DNA of 60,613 bases, counting the filler, from Perkinsus olseni (lineage: Eukaryota), in the NCBI GenBank assembly GCA_013115125.1. It is 12 parts of 12 records of this genome, joined end to end, with 100 filler letters (N's around TTAATTAATTAA, not from the genome) between each part and the next. Parts side by side here need not be neighbours in the genome. Positions count along the whole stretch, not along the records: positions 1 to 5,045 come from JABANN010001222.1; positions 5,146 to 10,187 come from JABANN010001223.1; positions 10,288 to 15,322 come from JABANN010001224.1; 9 more parts are not named here. The stretch is one strand, 5' to 3'. This document shows positions 1-13,400 of this stretch, piece by piece. Numbering within the stretch: the first letter of the stretch is position 1; each line of letters begins with the position of its first letter. The translations under genes and the position numbers were made by a program. Under the pieces are notes generated by a model, which saw only the letters and a list, made by a program, of their open reading frames with translations, was not told the DNA's origin and did not search any database.

Positions 1-1599
1 ATAATGGGAACGATGCTATCGCTACTAGCTACGCTAAGATACGCTTAGGAGATCACAATAACAGCACAAAAAGCCGACAGTTCTCATTTACTCACAAGAT
101 TTTGTCTTTCGGCCACAGTTGCGTTGAGGAATTGCAAGAGTAGCAAGATATAGAGTTGGTCGCTCATTGGAATTCGTACATCTCCTTGAATTGTGACGAC
201 GGCTTCGTCGTATATGCCTCAATACCGTTTGAGTTGAGTGAGATGGCTTGAAAGGACCCGGGGTGTGATGCTCACCAGCGTTGAGTGAACACCCTAGCGA
301 ACGCACAGGCGCCTACTAAGTGTCCGCACAATCTTGAATTACGGTTAGGCTTTATCATGCCTCCCGCCGATCACAATACCGAAGAGGCTGCTGACCCTGT
401 GCCGTCAGCGCCTCCCCATCCCGAACAACAGCCCCCTCCACAAAGGGTCGCAGGGGTTGATGAGTCCACGCAAATCAGGTAGTTCGATGGGGTAGCGTCG
501 AACTTGACGTATTCTGCATCTTGCCAGCTTTACCAGAAGCTTCTACTCTACGTACGTTGGTAGGTACCCCTTGCTCCCCTTGAGTAACCCACCCGAACAG
601 ATGCAGATGACTGAGCCACCACGAGGGCCGTAATACGGGATTTGCTGCTATAGGGTTGTCTAACTCGTTAGGTTAGTGCTCTATCAAGCGAGAGGTCGTA
701 GGATCCAGCCCAGCACCTCGCTTCTTGTCTCAGGTTCTTCAGCCCAGCTGCTGAGCGAGCGTGTACTGGTGGTCAATGGTCTGATGGTCTATGCGACTGC
801 CTCTCGGATCAGAGCACCTGCCTCTTGATGATATTCATTCCACTCTGGCCGGTGAGAAATTCTGAGTTTTCAAAGTCGTCCTATTGTGTCTTCCCTCAAG
901 GTTCTGATGTACCAAATTCTGTCGAGAGTGCAACCTCGACAGGAACCCTACCCTCTAGGCCTTTCGTCGCCGGAGGCCGTGGCCTGGGTGTAAGTCGCCC
1001 TTTGGACTCATGGCCATCATCGTACAGGTACGGCGCGGCGGTGATCGCTGGTATGCTCAACATCCCGGGCCTTAACTATGCCGGATGGGTCATTTCTGTT
1101 TATCTCATGTAATATCGCCGGGGGTGGGTAATGATGAGAATGTCGCCAACGGTTCTGTCTACGCTACGACTGGAATTTCTCGTTAGAACTGAGTAGAGTC
1201 GGAATGAGTAGGCCGTAGATCTTGCCTTACTCCTGATGAACACCACTTTCGAGTAACTGAGCGATTCGAATGCAGCTGGACTTTTCCCGAAACGCAATGT
1301 ATCTAAGAGACATTAGACTTCGGGCCTCAGGTCCATTATATTAAGTCAAGTATTGTATTTGTGATCTGTTCGATATCCAGTGTAACCGCTTACTCTTCCT
1401 TCATTACCGGACATGAAATGGTGGAGGTCATTTTCGCTATGGAACCCTTGTTCTCCCTTATTAATTGGTTTGATAAGCGGACTCTTTTTATAGGTACGAT
1501 GCAGCAGGGACAGTTGTTCGATTCTACAGCATCCAGGACCCAAACAGATCATCGTCGCTGTGGCTCGTGGTAGCACTGGGTCTACGCTTGGTACGCAGC

Positions 1600-2130
1600 A
1601 TCCGAAGTAACGCTATGCGAAGGCACACGAATTTCGCAAGTCTTAGTGGTCAGATTGGGAAGGTCAATTCTTAAAACGCCCGGTGTATCATTCGCCAGTC
1701 AGCCTGCGTCATCTGTGTTACGTGAGTACGCGTACGTGAATTTGACGAATGCGAGCTCTTGACACACGATTATTGTGAACTCAAATAGAAATACTTAAGA
1801 AGTATCGAAGTATGTCAGAGGGATAAGGTTCATTAGAATAGCGCCATCAGACTCGACGAAGTCTTTCGATTGCCTGCGATAATGAAACGGTTGATCGATT
1901 GACGGCATTATTGCTCAGGTTAAATCCTTGTTCTGCCAGTGTTGTCTCCTCGGACAAGTGGCGCGTCACGTAAATAGGGCAACTGGCTTCATCCAGTCAC
2001 AGGTGCTGATACAGCACCATCGCCCCGACCAAACTTCTCCTGGCGAGGTGAATTTCGTGGCGCGCGGTCGGATTGGGGAGCCTAGGTCAGGCTCAGGTAC
2101 GAAGCGAATCCCGAGATCTGGAGAGGGCTG
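1600..2130 (-). pseudogene. Possible highly decayed LTR-retrotransposon RT remnant
   Basis: A minus-strand reading with stops gives 'NKDLT*AIMPSIDQ...SKDFVESD...IPL', weakly like the gypsy RT segment LN...P.ID...S..F...D. No intact ORF. Confidence 0.25.
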
Positions 2131-2350
2131 AATAGGTTTAAGATTTCAAGTGTCTTGGAGTTCTCATGAAAGGATGTCATATGATGGTCGAATCGGAAAC
2201 GTGTCGGGTGAACCCCGTCGGAGTGAAATGGTCAACTCTGGCTTTCTGTCTTCGCTCGCATGCGAGATCGTATATTTTTTACTAGAGGTTTCGAGTCCCT
2301 CGTGGTCGTGTTGGAGCTGATAGTTCCGTGGTCTAAAGAGGACGGCAAAA

Positions 2351-2405
2351 GGTTCTTTTATTCGGCATGATGAGAGCGGCTCTCATCATGCCGAATAAAA
2401 GAACC
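2351..2405. repeat. Perfect 55-nt palindrome (27-bp arms, 1-nt centre)
   Basis: GGTTCTTTTATTCGGCATGATGAGAGC-G-GCTCTCATCATGCCGAATAAAAGAACC. Confidence 0.95.
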
Positions 2406-4189
2406 AGAGAGCCTCATGAGACCTGATTTGTACGAGACTAGAATTTGGCCAGGCTGCGGTAATCGACATCAAACACCCGTGTTTGTCAGTGACACGACAA
2501 TAGTCGAAGCGCTTGTAATGATAGCAGAGTGACTAGAGCTCGGCATGTTCAGCCGGTGAATATGATTGTTCCCTTTCGCTGACGCGCTGAAGCACGGTTC
2601 GTACGAAGTCACAGTCACTTCGTCAATCGCGCGGCATCAGCACTCAGCTGAGCTGAGTCAGCTCGGGTTGAAGAGCCGCCCCGCTCCCGATGAGGATCTC
2701 CGATGTCATCGGACCGATGAGTACTGTACTTGTCCGAAAACTAAGTGTTTCTCGAGGTCATTATGGAAAACTGCAGTGGGCGTGCACCCTTGGCTGGGCC
2801 TACATCATGTAGTCGTTGCGAATCATGGTTAGCTGAGTTTTGAACTTCTCCCTGATGACGAAATTGAAAACGAAGTAAAAGTTCATGAGTAGAAGTTTGA
2901 AAGTGAGATGTAGTCTATTGTATGTGGGACGTTGATTCTATACTGTAGTAGATCTCGGAGAGTACGAATGCGGACAGTGGCCACTACCATTTCTCGGGTA
3001 CGAAAACAGATGTGGAGAGTGCTTAATGGCTATCATGAACCTTGGGCGAGTCGGGAAGCGAGCCAATCGTAATGTTGGCTTGTTGAGCGCTGGCTTTGGG
3101 ATCGCTTGCCATTGCAGTATCAGTCATTGTTGTCGGGCAGAAGTCGACACACGCCGAATGCAGCTGAGTCCAGAAATTTTCTGGAAGCAAAGTGCAGATA
3201 TAATTACTCGTGGGGAACCAGTGTGCACATACACTGATGCGGAGAGTTACGGTGGAGGGACTCGCGCAATGTGCCGTACCGTCTGTCCCCGGTTGTGTGA
3301 CTTGTGTGTCTTTAACTTAGAGAGTTTACTGAGTGACGCTGGGCAGCCCAATGTGGGCCCCAGAGGGACTCTCGGGGTCTGGCATGGGTAATGTGGTGCT
3401 CATTGCTCTGCGTCTGGGGGGGACCGGCCCGGTCCGACCGGGAGATGTGTCCTTTTCAGGTTAGATCGTGAGGCCAGGTGCTTGCATTCTTGCCTCAGCG
3501 ACGTGTTCTACTCCGCAGATAACCACGCACGGGGTATGAGGCTCATAAGCGCTCATACTATGGGCGCTTGTGAGCCGCTCAAGATGATGCGGGACCTCGG
3601 GAGTTTTATAAAAGACGGGTCGTTGTTCGCCACATTATATGAGGCTCATATTATGAGCTCGGTGAAGTGAAGCTGTACCGCAAAGTCACTAAGCTGGAGA
3701 ATATCGACGAGGCAAGTAGAGTGATGGTGCTTTCGAAGTAGGTTTGCACCTGGCTTGAGAGTGACCGCGAAATTTGAAGCTTCTTAGGCTCATCGAAGCA
3801 CTTGGCCGGAAAAAGTTTCTGCTCCGATATCATTCCCTGTCGAGATGTTTGAAGAGACCCTTGCAGAAGTACGTGAATATAACGCCGAGTTCCTAAACAT
3901 GGCTCTTGAGATTGGCGGGGCGCAAGATACTCTCGTGCACTACTTCACGAATGGGGGTAGGCCTTCCTGGGAGCAGGGTTTGCCCACTGGGAAAATGGGA
4001 AATTTTTCCCCAGGGAATTTCCGGGAAATATTTCCCTTGGGAAAAATCCCGGGTTTTTCCCTGGGAAATGATGCGTTTGGCCTCCCTAGGCAGTTTGTTG
4101 ATGCACTAGATACGCATGGTGGAAGAATGGATGGAGAGAGAGGCGATAGCGACGACGATATGACAGCTGTGCTAGGTTTGAACTCATAA

Positions 4190-4800
4190 GGTGCATCCGC
4201 GCGTGAACGAGTGCGGTACATATCCGCTTCTGACACCTCTAGCGGATTGTACTGTTCTTCGGAAAGACTGCTTCCTGATGATAATGAGGTATGAGCAAAC
4301 TTTCGATGAGTTCACATTCCGTCCGACTCGGTGGCTAACCGAGGTTACTGAATGGCGTTGTCCTCCTCGAATGGGAACCGGAACGTCGTTGTTCGTTGAC
4401 CTCGAGCCCTTGAGCTGGGGTACATATCAGCTTCTGACACCTCTAGCGAGCCATACATTGCTTCCTGGGGACAGTGAGGTCTTAGCGATTATACCAAGTA
4501 CAACACGACGCATAATGAAAGCTTCTATCGAGCTATAGGAAAAATCTGGCTGAGTTCGCAGCCCGTCAGATTTGGAGGCTGACCGAAGTACCGAACGGCA
4601 TTGCCGAGGCATTGCCGGAACGCGGTTGTTTGTTGACTTTGCTCCCTGGTGGCGGGGCTACCCCAGTAGGGTACATATCTGCTTTCGACACCCCTAGCAG
4701 GGCATACAGTGGCTCCTGGTGATAGTAACGTACAGACAAACTCTCGATAACTTCGCCGCCCGGCCGACTCGGTGACTGAGCGAGGTAGCTAACGGGAGTG
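4190..4800 (+). repeat. Diverged triplicated unit (about 200-250 nt)
   Basis: A GGTACATATC-GCTT-GACACC-CTAGC core recurs at 4215, 4419 and 4670. CCGACTCGGTG occurs at about 4323 and 4764, and GTTGTT.GTTGAC precedes copies 2 and 3. Confidence 0.75.
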
Positions 4801-5430
4801 CCGAGTTTATATAGATAGACAGTTCCGGCTCGGAAGTCCCGACCGGAGCTGAGGCACGTCCGGCACTGCTTCAGACTCGCCGGAGTTTTTCCGGGAATTG
4901 GGAAAGGGAAATATCCGGGAAATTCCCTTTCCCGGAAATACTCAAAGTTTTTCCCAGTTCGGGCAAACCCTGTCGGTCACCTTGGCCGCGTTCAAACGGC
5001 TCGGTCACGCGTTCGACAATCGTAATTCGCGGAGTACGCAATGCGNNNNNNNNNNNNNNNNNNNNNNNNNNNNNNNNNNNNNNNNNNNNTTAATTAATTA
5101 ANNNNNNNNNNNNNNNNNNNNNNNNNNNNNNNNNNNNNNNNNNNNGGCTGCACACCTTGAACCTTTCCAATTTGCTGTCAAGGGCGTTCAACCGTCAGCA
5201 GCAGCTGACGTCGAGCACTTCCCTACATAGTTTTGGCCATTCGAGTGGCGGGATCTGACGTCGTCAACACAACCCGTTATCCTGATTCACCGCGACGAAG
5301 TCGAATGAACCTCATCCTGCCGGGGCGCGCGAGGCAGGAGGAGACGGCTGCTGACGACGAAGCTGCATGCAGTCTCGTTAACCAGTGTTGCCTTAGCTCG
5401 TAAATCGTCTTGATGTCGATGTTGCCCGTA

Positions 5431-6371
5431 ATGGCCGTCTTCGCTCACGCCATGATGATAGTATTCGTATTGGTTTCGACACCAGTATTGACGCTGCAGT
5501 CTGGCTGGCGCAGACAACCTTGGAGGGGCAACTGGCATCAAGGGGTAATCACGAGTGGTGAGCGATAAAGTTTACCGACTGTTGTCCAGGTTGATTATTC
5601 TACGGCAGAAAGGCTTCGCCACCTGGAAACTCGGATGTCCAAGCTTCGAATCGATGATTCAACTACGGAAAGGCTGAATACGCTTGAAAGTAAAATATCT
5701 GAACTGATGGAGAGCATGTCTAGGGTGGAGCATGGAATGTCGAGGATTGGCGAGCTAACATACTGGTTGAGTACCCTCCACGGGCAGGTGAGGACGGGTG
5801 CTCCGGAACCCGACCTGTTTACTCCATGTTGTAGGTTAGGAGTCAAAACGGCAGATGCCAAGTTGAGTATCCAGACAGCTACATGCATGTGCTACCTTCC
5901 CGTGGTCCAAAACGCAGCGAAAAATACCTGATCTATTGGGAAGAACGGCGACCAGATGACAACTCCATCTTCTTGGTGTACTACTGTACTCCAGCCTCCT
6001 CCTTGCTGTGTTCGAGATTGTGTCGTGTATTTACTTTCGATTTCAGAATGAATGGTCAGGAGTGGGTGCAGCTCACGTGTGAAAATATGACAGCCAGAGG
6101 GAGCATCGTCAATCCATCTGGAGATATTATAAGGAACCTCTCTGACATCATTCCCTTCACACATTTGCTTCCCAGAATCAGGGGGGACCTTGCGAAAGGC
6201 ATGGATCAGAAGCGGTGCGAAAGTTTGATCGAATACATCGAGTCCCACTCCCCAACGAAGGACAATGATGATCGGAGCTGGATAAGGAAATTTATGGATG
6301 CCAACTCAGATGTGATTCTTAACCTATTTCGCCAATATGGAAACTATTACACCAAAAATACCACTAAATGA
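5431..6371 (+). CDS. Three-exon gene for a hypothetical secreted protein (about 282 aa); exons 5431-5544, 5590-5787, 5835-6371
   Basis: Hydrophobic N-terminus MAVFAHAMMIVFVLVSTPVLTL. Two phase-0 GT-AG introns of 45 nt (containing an in-frame stop) and 47 nt join ORFs 5635.. and 5883.. in frame. Internal repeat D(Y/D)ST.ERL..LE. Confidence 0.65.
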
Positions 6372-8899
6372 GTACGCGTAGCAGCTAAGTGTCTGCACAA
6401 TGTTCACTGTGATGTTAATAATTGATCGGATGTCTTTTTGGATCGAGTTGGCCGATGTTATAATTGATTATCAAGGCTGCTTATCTGCTGCTGCTGCTCA
6501 GCNNNNNNNNNNNNNNNNNNNNNNNNNNNNNNNNNNNNNNNNNNNNNNNNNNNNNNNNNNNNNNNNNNNNNNNNNNNNNNNNNNNNNNTGAATGGGTGAG
6601 AGAAAAGGACAGTCCGAAGCTCCCATCACCGGTTCGGCTTCGGTGCCAGTGTAATCAACCCGTGACCAGGGCATGAGACTCTGGACAAATGCGACGAGAG
6701 GGTTGGACTCCAGAGAGACATTAGCCCGGCTGTCTCCAGATCCGCCCCGGCGAAGGTCTGCACCATAGGTTCTGAACAGCTGAACCCAAAAAAGGATAGT
6801 TCAGGATGCGGAGCATGGCGTCAGCGTCACCTTATTATCGGCTTCGAAGAGCGCCCTTGGCAGCATGGGAGAATTAACGGTAAACTCCGACTTCGATATA
6901 TCAGCATATCTGCACCAAGGCGTGCACAGGAGCAGGCATGTATCGGCGGCTACCTCCCAACGAGATCAGGCAAAGTACTGGTTGACCAGCGCCTCCTGAC
7001 ACCCTCCAAATCTGGGCTCAACTCAATCTGAGAGAGTCGAGGATCTTGCTATCTTGCAATTCCCTTAACAACTTTGGTACCAAACGCTGAGAGGCCGAGA
7101 AGAGCCAGTCCTGCAACTGCGCCGGTTTCCATAATTGCCAAGCCTTCTCGGCGTATGCTTCTGTCATTAATAGATGAATCGACCCGAACTTCTCATGCAT
7201 GAAATATCTGTTAAGGAAATGCAAGATCGGCAAGTATTCCAAGCCACCTACGTTCTAGCATCAGAGAAAGGAGGGTTCCTGAACAGATCTTCCCAAGGCT
7301 TGTGACCATCCCCTGATAGGGGAGTTGACATCGCTATTAAGAGTGTCCGTACAGTATAGGGAAATCTGAATCGAAGGAAGTCACTCCCGACGGTCCGAGA
7401 GTAGCCGCTGCTGCTCACAGAAGTATGGCTTTCATCAGAGCTACCGAGGCATCCAGTGCCGAGTCGCCAGTTGAAGCATCTGGGAGGAGAAGTCCCGTAC
7501 GAGGCAGTCGGAAGATCCCCCACTTTCAATGATGATTGCCCTCCGCAAATCCTCGGCTGTGACTCGTTTCACAGCAGCGGAGGCCTCGTCAGCAGTTGGT
7601 AGCTGTTGATACCGCGCCAAGGCCTCAGAGAATCTGCAGCGACAAACTCACGAATCGAGAACCCAGAAGCTGATACTCACGCAAAGTTGGGCATCGCGAA
7701 GTCGAGAGCTGAGTAGTAAACGCCGTCGTGGGCTGCCGGAGGTGGTGCCACAAAGGATGCTACGAAACGATGAAGCCAGTCGTATTCGTGGCTGCGAATC
7801 TGAGATAGGAGAATGGTTGAAGATAACGAATAAGTCGTGAGGGGCAGGGACTGGCGAAAACCCACATAGACGTCAGACGCAGATGGCTACAGCGTAAGTA
7901 TCGATGTGCATAAGGGCGTGGACTCTATCTTGCTCGTCATCCATGAGTAGAAGTAACTTGAACACTTCCAAAGCAGTACGAGTGCAGCCCTGCCCGGCTA
8001 GTAGTAGGCCATGAACCTGGAGCGGTATCATAAACCATGCAAAGCAGAGGTGATGCTAGTCCCACCAGGAGGGGNNNNNNNNNNNNNNNNNNNNNNNNNN
8101 NNNNNNNNNNNNNNNNNNNNNNNNNNNNNNNNNNNNNNNNNNNNNNNNNNNNNNNNNNNNNNNNNNNNNNGGTCCTCAACGCGAGGATTGTAAAACAGTA
8201 GTATGGATCATCCTCCGACAGCCGTAGTGATGCGACCAAACCGGGTTCTTTCTCGGCGTTAAGGTGCTCTGAGTCATGAAATAAATTACAGCCTGGGATA
8301 GTGAGCTACATAGACGCGCGACGCTTGGATGGCTGTGGCGATGTGGTAGGTGAGGAAACGATCACGATGTGGTAAATTTTGTATTGTAGAATGAGAAACA
8401 CTATTCCTGGTGTAATCGATACGAGGGGCAGGGGAATCGATGAAGTAGCACAACCTTACACCGGTCGAACTAGGCGATAAGAACTAAGCTATGGCTATCA
8501 TGGGAAACATCGTCTTCCAGCTTTTAAGCGGACTTATGACAGTCCGTGGTAGTGGTGTCAACACCCCCGGCTGCTGTAACAACTTTAGTGTCCTCAAGCA
8601 AGGCAAACCGAGTTGCCAGTCTCGGAGACTGAGTCTCCTGATATTATTTACAACCCGGGTTCGGACCGTCTTTGAGACCGCACTGCCACTGCAGAACTTG
8701 CTAACAAGGACCAGTATGGTAAGCTGCCACAGTGAGTTTACGAGCGGTTCAATAACTTTCTCCACTATCTTGGGCGATACCGAACCCTTGAATTCTGAGA
8801 CCTTCCTCACGAAGCAATCAAGATTCTCGGCTAAGAAGCTGCTACCGTACGATGGACGTTCGCAGAGTTCAATATTCCCTAAACTTAGCATAGTTATGA

Positions 8900-9584
8900 T
8901 GGTCTCTTCCTTGAGGGGAGTCTTCGCCAACAGGCCGTAGTTATTAGCCATACAATTCACGACCATGTCTTTGAACATGCCGACGGCGGTAAGAGCCTGG
9001 TTACCCGTTGCACCGCCTTGATCGGCATTGCCGCGGCCTTTAACACTTACGATTATGGGTAGAGTGGCCTCAAGGCGGATGCGACTGCACGGGTGGCGTC
9101 GCACCATGGCTCGGAGCCATCATTGGCGGTTCCATTCACTCGGACAGCCCTATCTCGTGCTGCATCTGAGTGGCTCGCAAACCGTTCTGACAGCTCGTAT
9201 GAAGAGGATGTGAAAGAACTCGGCCGCTCCTTCAAATTCTTCGTCCCGACCGCTACGGCGGTGCGGGCCTTTCGCAGTCTGGCACGCTACAATGCCATCC
9301 GTGAAGTCGTCTGCGGTCGCAACCAGTTGAGATACTCACGGTCGAAAATTGATCATGGCACTGTGTCATGCCCATTCTGCGAGTCGGGTGAAGACGAGGA
9401 CTTCTCTCACTTTCTATTCCGGTGCGATAATTGGACACAGCATAGACGCGAGTTCTTTGATGCCGTGAAGTTGCGCGGCATTTCCTGGCCTCCCCCATCC
9501 GGGGATCTCCTACTGAAGGATAGGGTTCTGGCTCTCCATCTGGAGCGGTTTATAAAGGCTACTGGTCGGTTAAAACGCCATTGA
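8900..9584 (+). mobile_element. Non-LTR (LINE) ORF2 C-terminal fragment with CCHC zinc knuckle, degenerate upstream
   Basis: 'EVVCGRNQL...CPFCESGEDEDFSHFLFRC..W...R' has the CX2C-X8-H-X4-C pattern of LINE ORF2 C-termini. Upstream 'KADATAR' resembles the RNase H 'GNE.AD..A' end, with an in-frame stop at 9060. Confidence 0.65.
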
Positions 9585-10287
9585 GCACCACTGAGGCAGT
9601 CTGTTCGCTATTTATTGGGAGCAACAGAGGCGGCTATAGGGCCCACGTGGCCGTGCCGCTTCCTAGTACTCAGAAGAACAAGAAGGGTAGAGTGGCCCAG
9701 GGACGACTCAGAAAGCTCGAGTTTCGCAGGCAGCCCGGCCGAGAACTCATCGGACCGGCGTGCGGATTCGCCTCTCTTCGGCCGACGCGATCGCTGCCAA
9801 TTCTTAGGAGTAATTGGCAGTACCAAACGCCACCAATAAGCGACCCCACCTGTGCAAAATGCGCATCAAGCCAGCGAGAAACCCACTAGACTACAATCTC
9901 AATTTGGGATTCCCAAATCCCGGCCAATAGCGACTCCCATGTTGGCTTTAGCAGCTCAAAGATCTGCTAACCCAATATCCTGCGACAAACCTGCCCGCAT
10001 AGCGGCACCCAGGAGCGGGGTAGCGATAGGGTTGAGAGCATAAGGTTGCGAGTCGCGACTCGCCATCGAATGCAGGACTAATCCGCGGTGAACGCTTCCA
10101 CAAGAACCAACGTTAGAGCGGAATTGGGTCCTATGCATTCCCACGCCACTCTTGTTTCTGCGCTAGGCCGACGGTGTGCGAGTGGAGNNNNNNNNNNNNN
10201 NNNNNNNNNNNNNNNNNNNNNNNNNNNNNNNTTAATTAATTAANNNNNNNNNNNNNNNNNNNNNNNNNNNNNNNNNNNNNNNNNNNN

Positions 10288-10375
10288 GAAGGACGGTGAT
10301 TGGATCATGAGTAGAGGAAAGACTGACAGAGCTGCACATTATCACAGCGCGCTCGCCACAAAGCCCCCACTCTAG
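10288..10375 (-). mobile_element. Putative PPT and start of the 3' LTR of the gypsy element
   Basis: Shortly downstream of the pol stop the minus strand reads AGAGTGGGGGCTT then TGTGGCG. The PPT is imperfect. Confidence 0.4.
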
Positions 10376-10440
10376 TCATTAGCCACACGAAAGAAAAGAA
10401 GATATTATATACTCATCCTTCCTTCAATCATGAGTAGACT

Positions 10441-13400
10441 TCATGTTGAAGACGATGATGACGGAGGAGCAACACCTGCAGCATGCAACCAAGCACGAGA
10501 ATTCGCGCCAAGGCTACCGCTAGGATTTAGGTCACACCTAGCAAGCACATCACTCTCTTTAATACTCACCACTTTGGGAGTAGCAGCAGCAGGACGCTGA
10601 GTACGGCGTACAGTAGTCGTAACACCACGCTTCGGCGGGAGAACCCAAAGCGGGAGCCAGCGGGAACCAGCATCACCTGGGCAATACACATGCACCTGAT
10701 ATTCGTTTTCAGAAACAGAATAAGACTTCACCTTGCCGATGTAGATGAGCCATTCAGGAACATCAGAGTTCTCGCTGAAGTTAGGGTTCCTAGAGCGATA
10801 GAACACCAGATCATCAGGCGAGAAGGCACCTCGTTGATTACGCTCATGAAGAAGAGGTACACTCTTATCAGAGTTCGGAGCTGGTAGGACAAGATCAGAC
10901 ACCTGAACAACGCTACCATCAGATAGAGTGGCAGTGAGCAGGTCACCAGAAGAATTACAAGCAAGACGCTGGACGTGATGAATTTGACCCTGATAAATGA
11001 CCGCGCTACCCTCCTTGAGCTGAGCCTTCAACTTGGACTGCCTAACAAGTTTACGGCGCTGCGACAGACTCGCCTGCTGGCGACGCTGGGCAGCCAGATT
11101 ACTCTCGCCCCTCCATACGTGGTACTCGGCGAGAAGCTCACGCACAGTACTCTGGAGCTGACTAATCCAAGCCGACTCACTTCGCTCAGCAGATTCCCGA
11201 ACCGTCTCGTCTTCATCCTCATCCTCGGCGATAGACAAGATGCCACTAATCACAGGTGAGCACCCATAAACACGCTCAAAGGCACAGCTAGAACCACTAC
11301 CTTGACGGTAGTACATATTGATCATCACCTCGCAGAGTCCCAACCAGTGATGAAGATCCGCGGGCGATTGTATCTGCCCCTCGGAGATTCTTAATATATG
11401 AGAGAGAGCACCATTACGTCTTTCAATGCGACTGTTCCCACGAGCATTAGCCACAGCAACTGTCTTATGGCGAATGCCTAAGAGAGCATTGGAAAGCTTG
11501 ACAACTTCGTTAACAAAGCTACTTCCAAGGTCGCTCACGATTAAAGACGGGCACGAAAATCTCACCAGCCATCGGCGAAAGAAGATTGAATAGGACTCGC
11601 TGGGCTCCATGCTACTGACCGGTTCAAATACCGTATAACCACTACTCATATCTGTAATTCCCAAAGCTGCAACATACCCTGTCACAGCTTTGATACCTTC
11701 AGACAGCATCTTGTGGTCCATCGCTATGGTATGGAAGCGTGCTGACACTTGCACAATATCGCCATAGCTCCTCATATTAGATGGAATTGTTGACTGTTCC
11801 TGACACCAGCACTGCATCACAAAAGCCTTCACTGTAGACAGACAGCCAACCCACCATCCTAGGCGGATCAGAGCACCCTGAGTACTTCCTACCCCTAGAT
11901 GGACTGTAGAGTGAGCTTCTCGCATGAGCTTCCATCTCAAAGACGTCTCCGCTTCCGTGGCATCCGGCTCTGGTGGAATCATCAGTACGACCACACGNNN
12001 NNNNNNNNNNNNNNNNNNNNNNNNNNNNNNNNNNNNNNNNNNNNNNNNNNNNNNNNNNNNNNNNNNNNNNNNNNNNNNNNNNNNNNNNNNNNNCGTATGA
12101 GCTTCCATCTCAAAGACGTCTCCGCTTCCGTGGCATCCGGCTCTGGTGGAATCATCAGTACGACCACACGAGGTTGAGTAGCAGTTGTAGTAGTAGACGG
12201 GGAGCACACTTGCGCTGAAGAAAGCACATACAACAACGGTACCGAGCCCCCAGCATCGTGGTTGCCGGCTGGATGATCCAAACACCAGAGAGAGTGACCA
12301 AACCAGCCAAGAATTTGCCTCTGAACAAGTGGCGACAACGAACACGTTACCTTGGTGCGCAGACAATCCGCATACACCATAATATCCTTCACTCTGACAC
12401 CATGGAACGCAGTGGTATCTTCTCGTTGGAGGTGGCCTATCCGGACCACTTCGGCCTCGGACAGATCTAAGTGTACCACGCGAAAAGGTGGAGGTAAAGA
12501 GGCAGTATCATCATTCGCTTGCACAGTGGATGGAGTCAAACCTACCGTGAGGGAGTAAGCCAATGGGCTGATAGACGGCTCCTGCTTAGCGGCGACTTGG
12601 GCATCGAGTTGCTCAGTGAACCTCGAGATAACATCACTCAGGGAGTTCAATTCCCCTTGAATGTGCTTGAAGTAAATACCCGCACTGCGGCATTCTTCCA
12701 GCTCCTCCAGCCAGCCGAGAAACTTGCGCAGCTTTACGCCACATAGATTATCGGCAGCAATCTTGAAGCTCTGGAAGCGAGAGATGGCAGTACTCGAATC
12801 GCTCAGGAAGATTACATTCACTTCTCCTTCAGCACGGTCTCTACAAGTAGATAACCATAAGCGATTCCATCTCCTGAAAGCTAAGACTATACCCAAGCAC
12901 TCCAGTTCCCACGTGTGATATCTACGCTCGACAGAACTGAACGTACGATGATACTCACTGATCAAGTGGGATCTTGAAGGGTCTTGTAGCAGTGTAGCAG
13001 TAGCATCGTCGGGCTGTATTGGAGATGTAGTCTGAAAAAGGCAGGCGCCGCAGCCTGTATCGGCTGCGTCGCTCATGACGATGAAAGTACCTCGCAGCAG
13101 GTCGCCATAACTCAGCTGCTTTAAAGGAGTATTTAGCAGACATTCCGAGAGCTTCTCCAGAGCGGCATCGCATTCTCTTGTCCAAAGGAAGCGGTCAGGA
13201 GAGCTACATGAGGGAAGAGCATGATATAGTGGAGCTAGACAGCGCGTAAAATCTGCATACCTGTCGACTGGCCAAGAGAAGGCACAGGCCGAGTAGAGCA
13301 GAACACCAATAGTCTGCTTTAGACCACGGGCAGAAGTAGGCGGAGTCTGAAGTACACTCTTAAGTTTGGCGACTGAACTGTCACTCAAACGGTAGAAACC

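Noticed and set aside
5090-5101. Recurrent TTAATTAATTAA at about 5-kb spacing as a biological repeat, and any gene neighbourhood across linkers
   Set aside because: It is an artificial six-frame-stop linker inside N runs. Scaffolds are size-sorted, so adjacency is meaningless.
6590-8070. Possible gag/YR remnants on the minus strand
   Set aside because: Only short interrupted ORFs with no convincing catalytic motif set.
8484-9107. 207-aa minus-strand ORF as a gene
   Set aside because: It is antisense to a degenerate LINE region and has no recognisable motifs.
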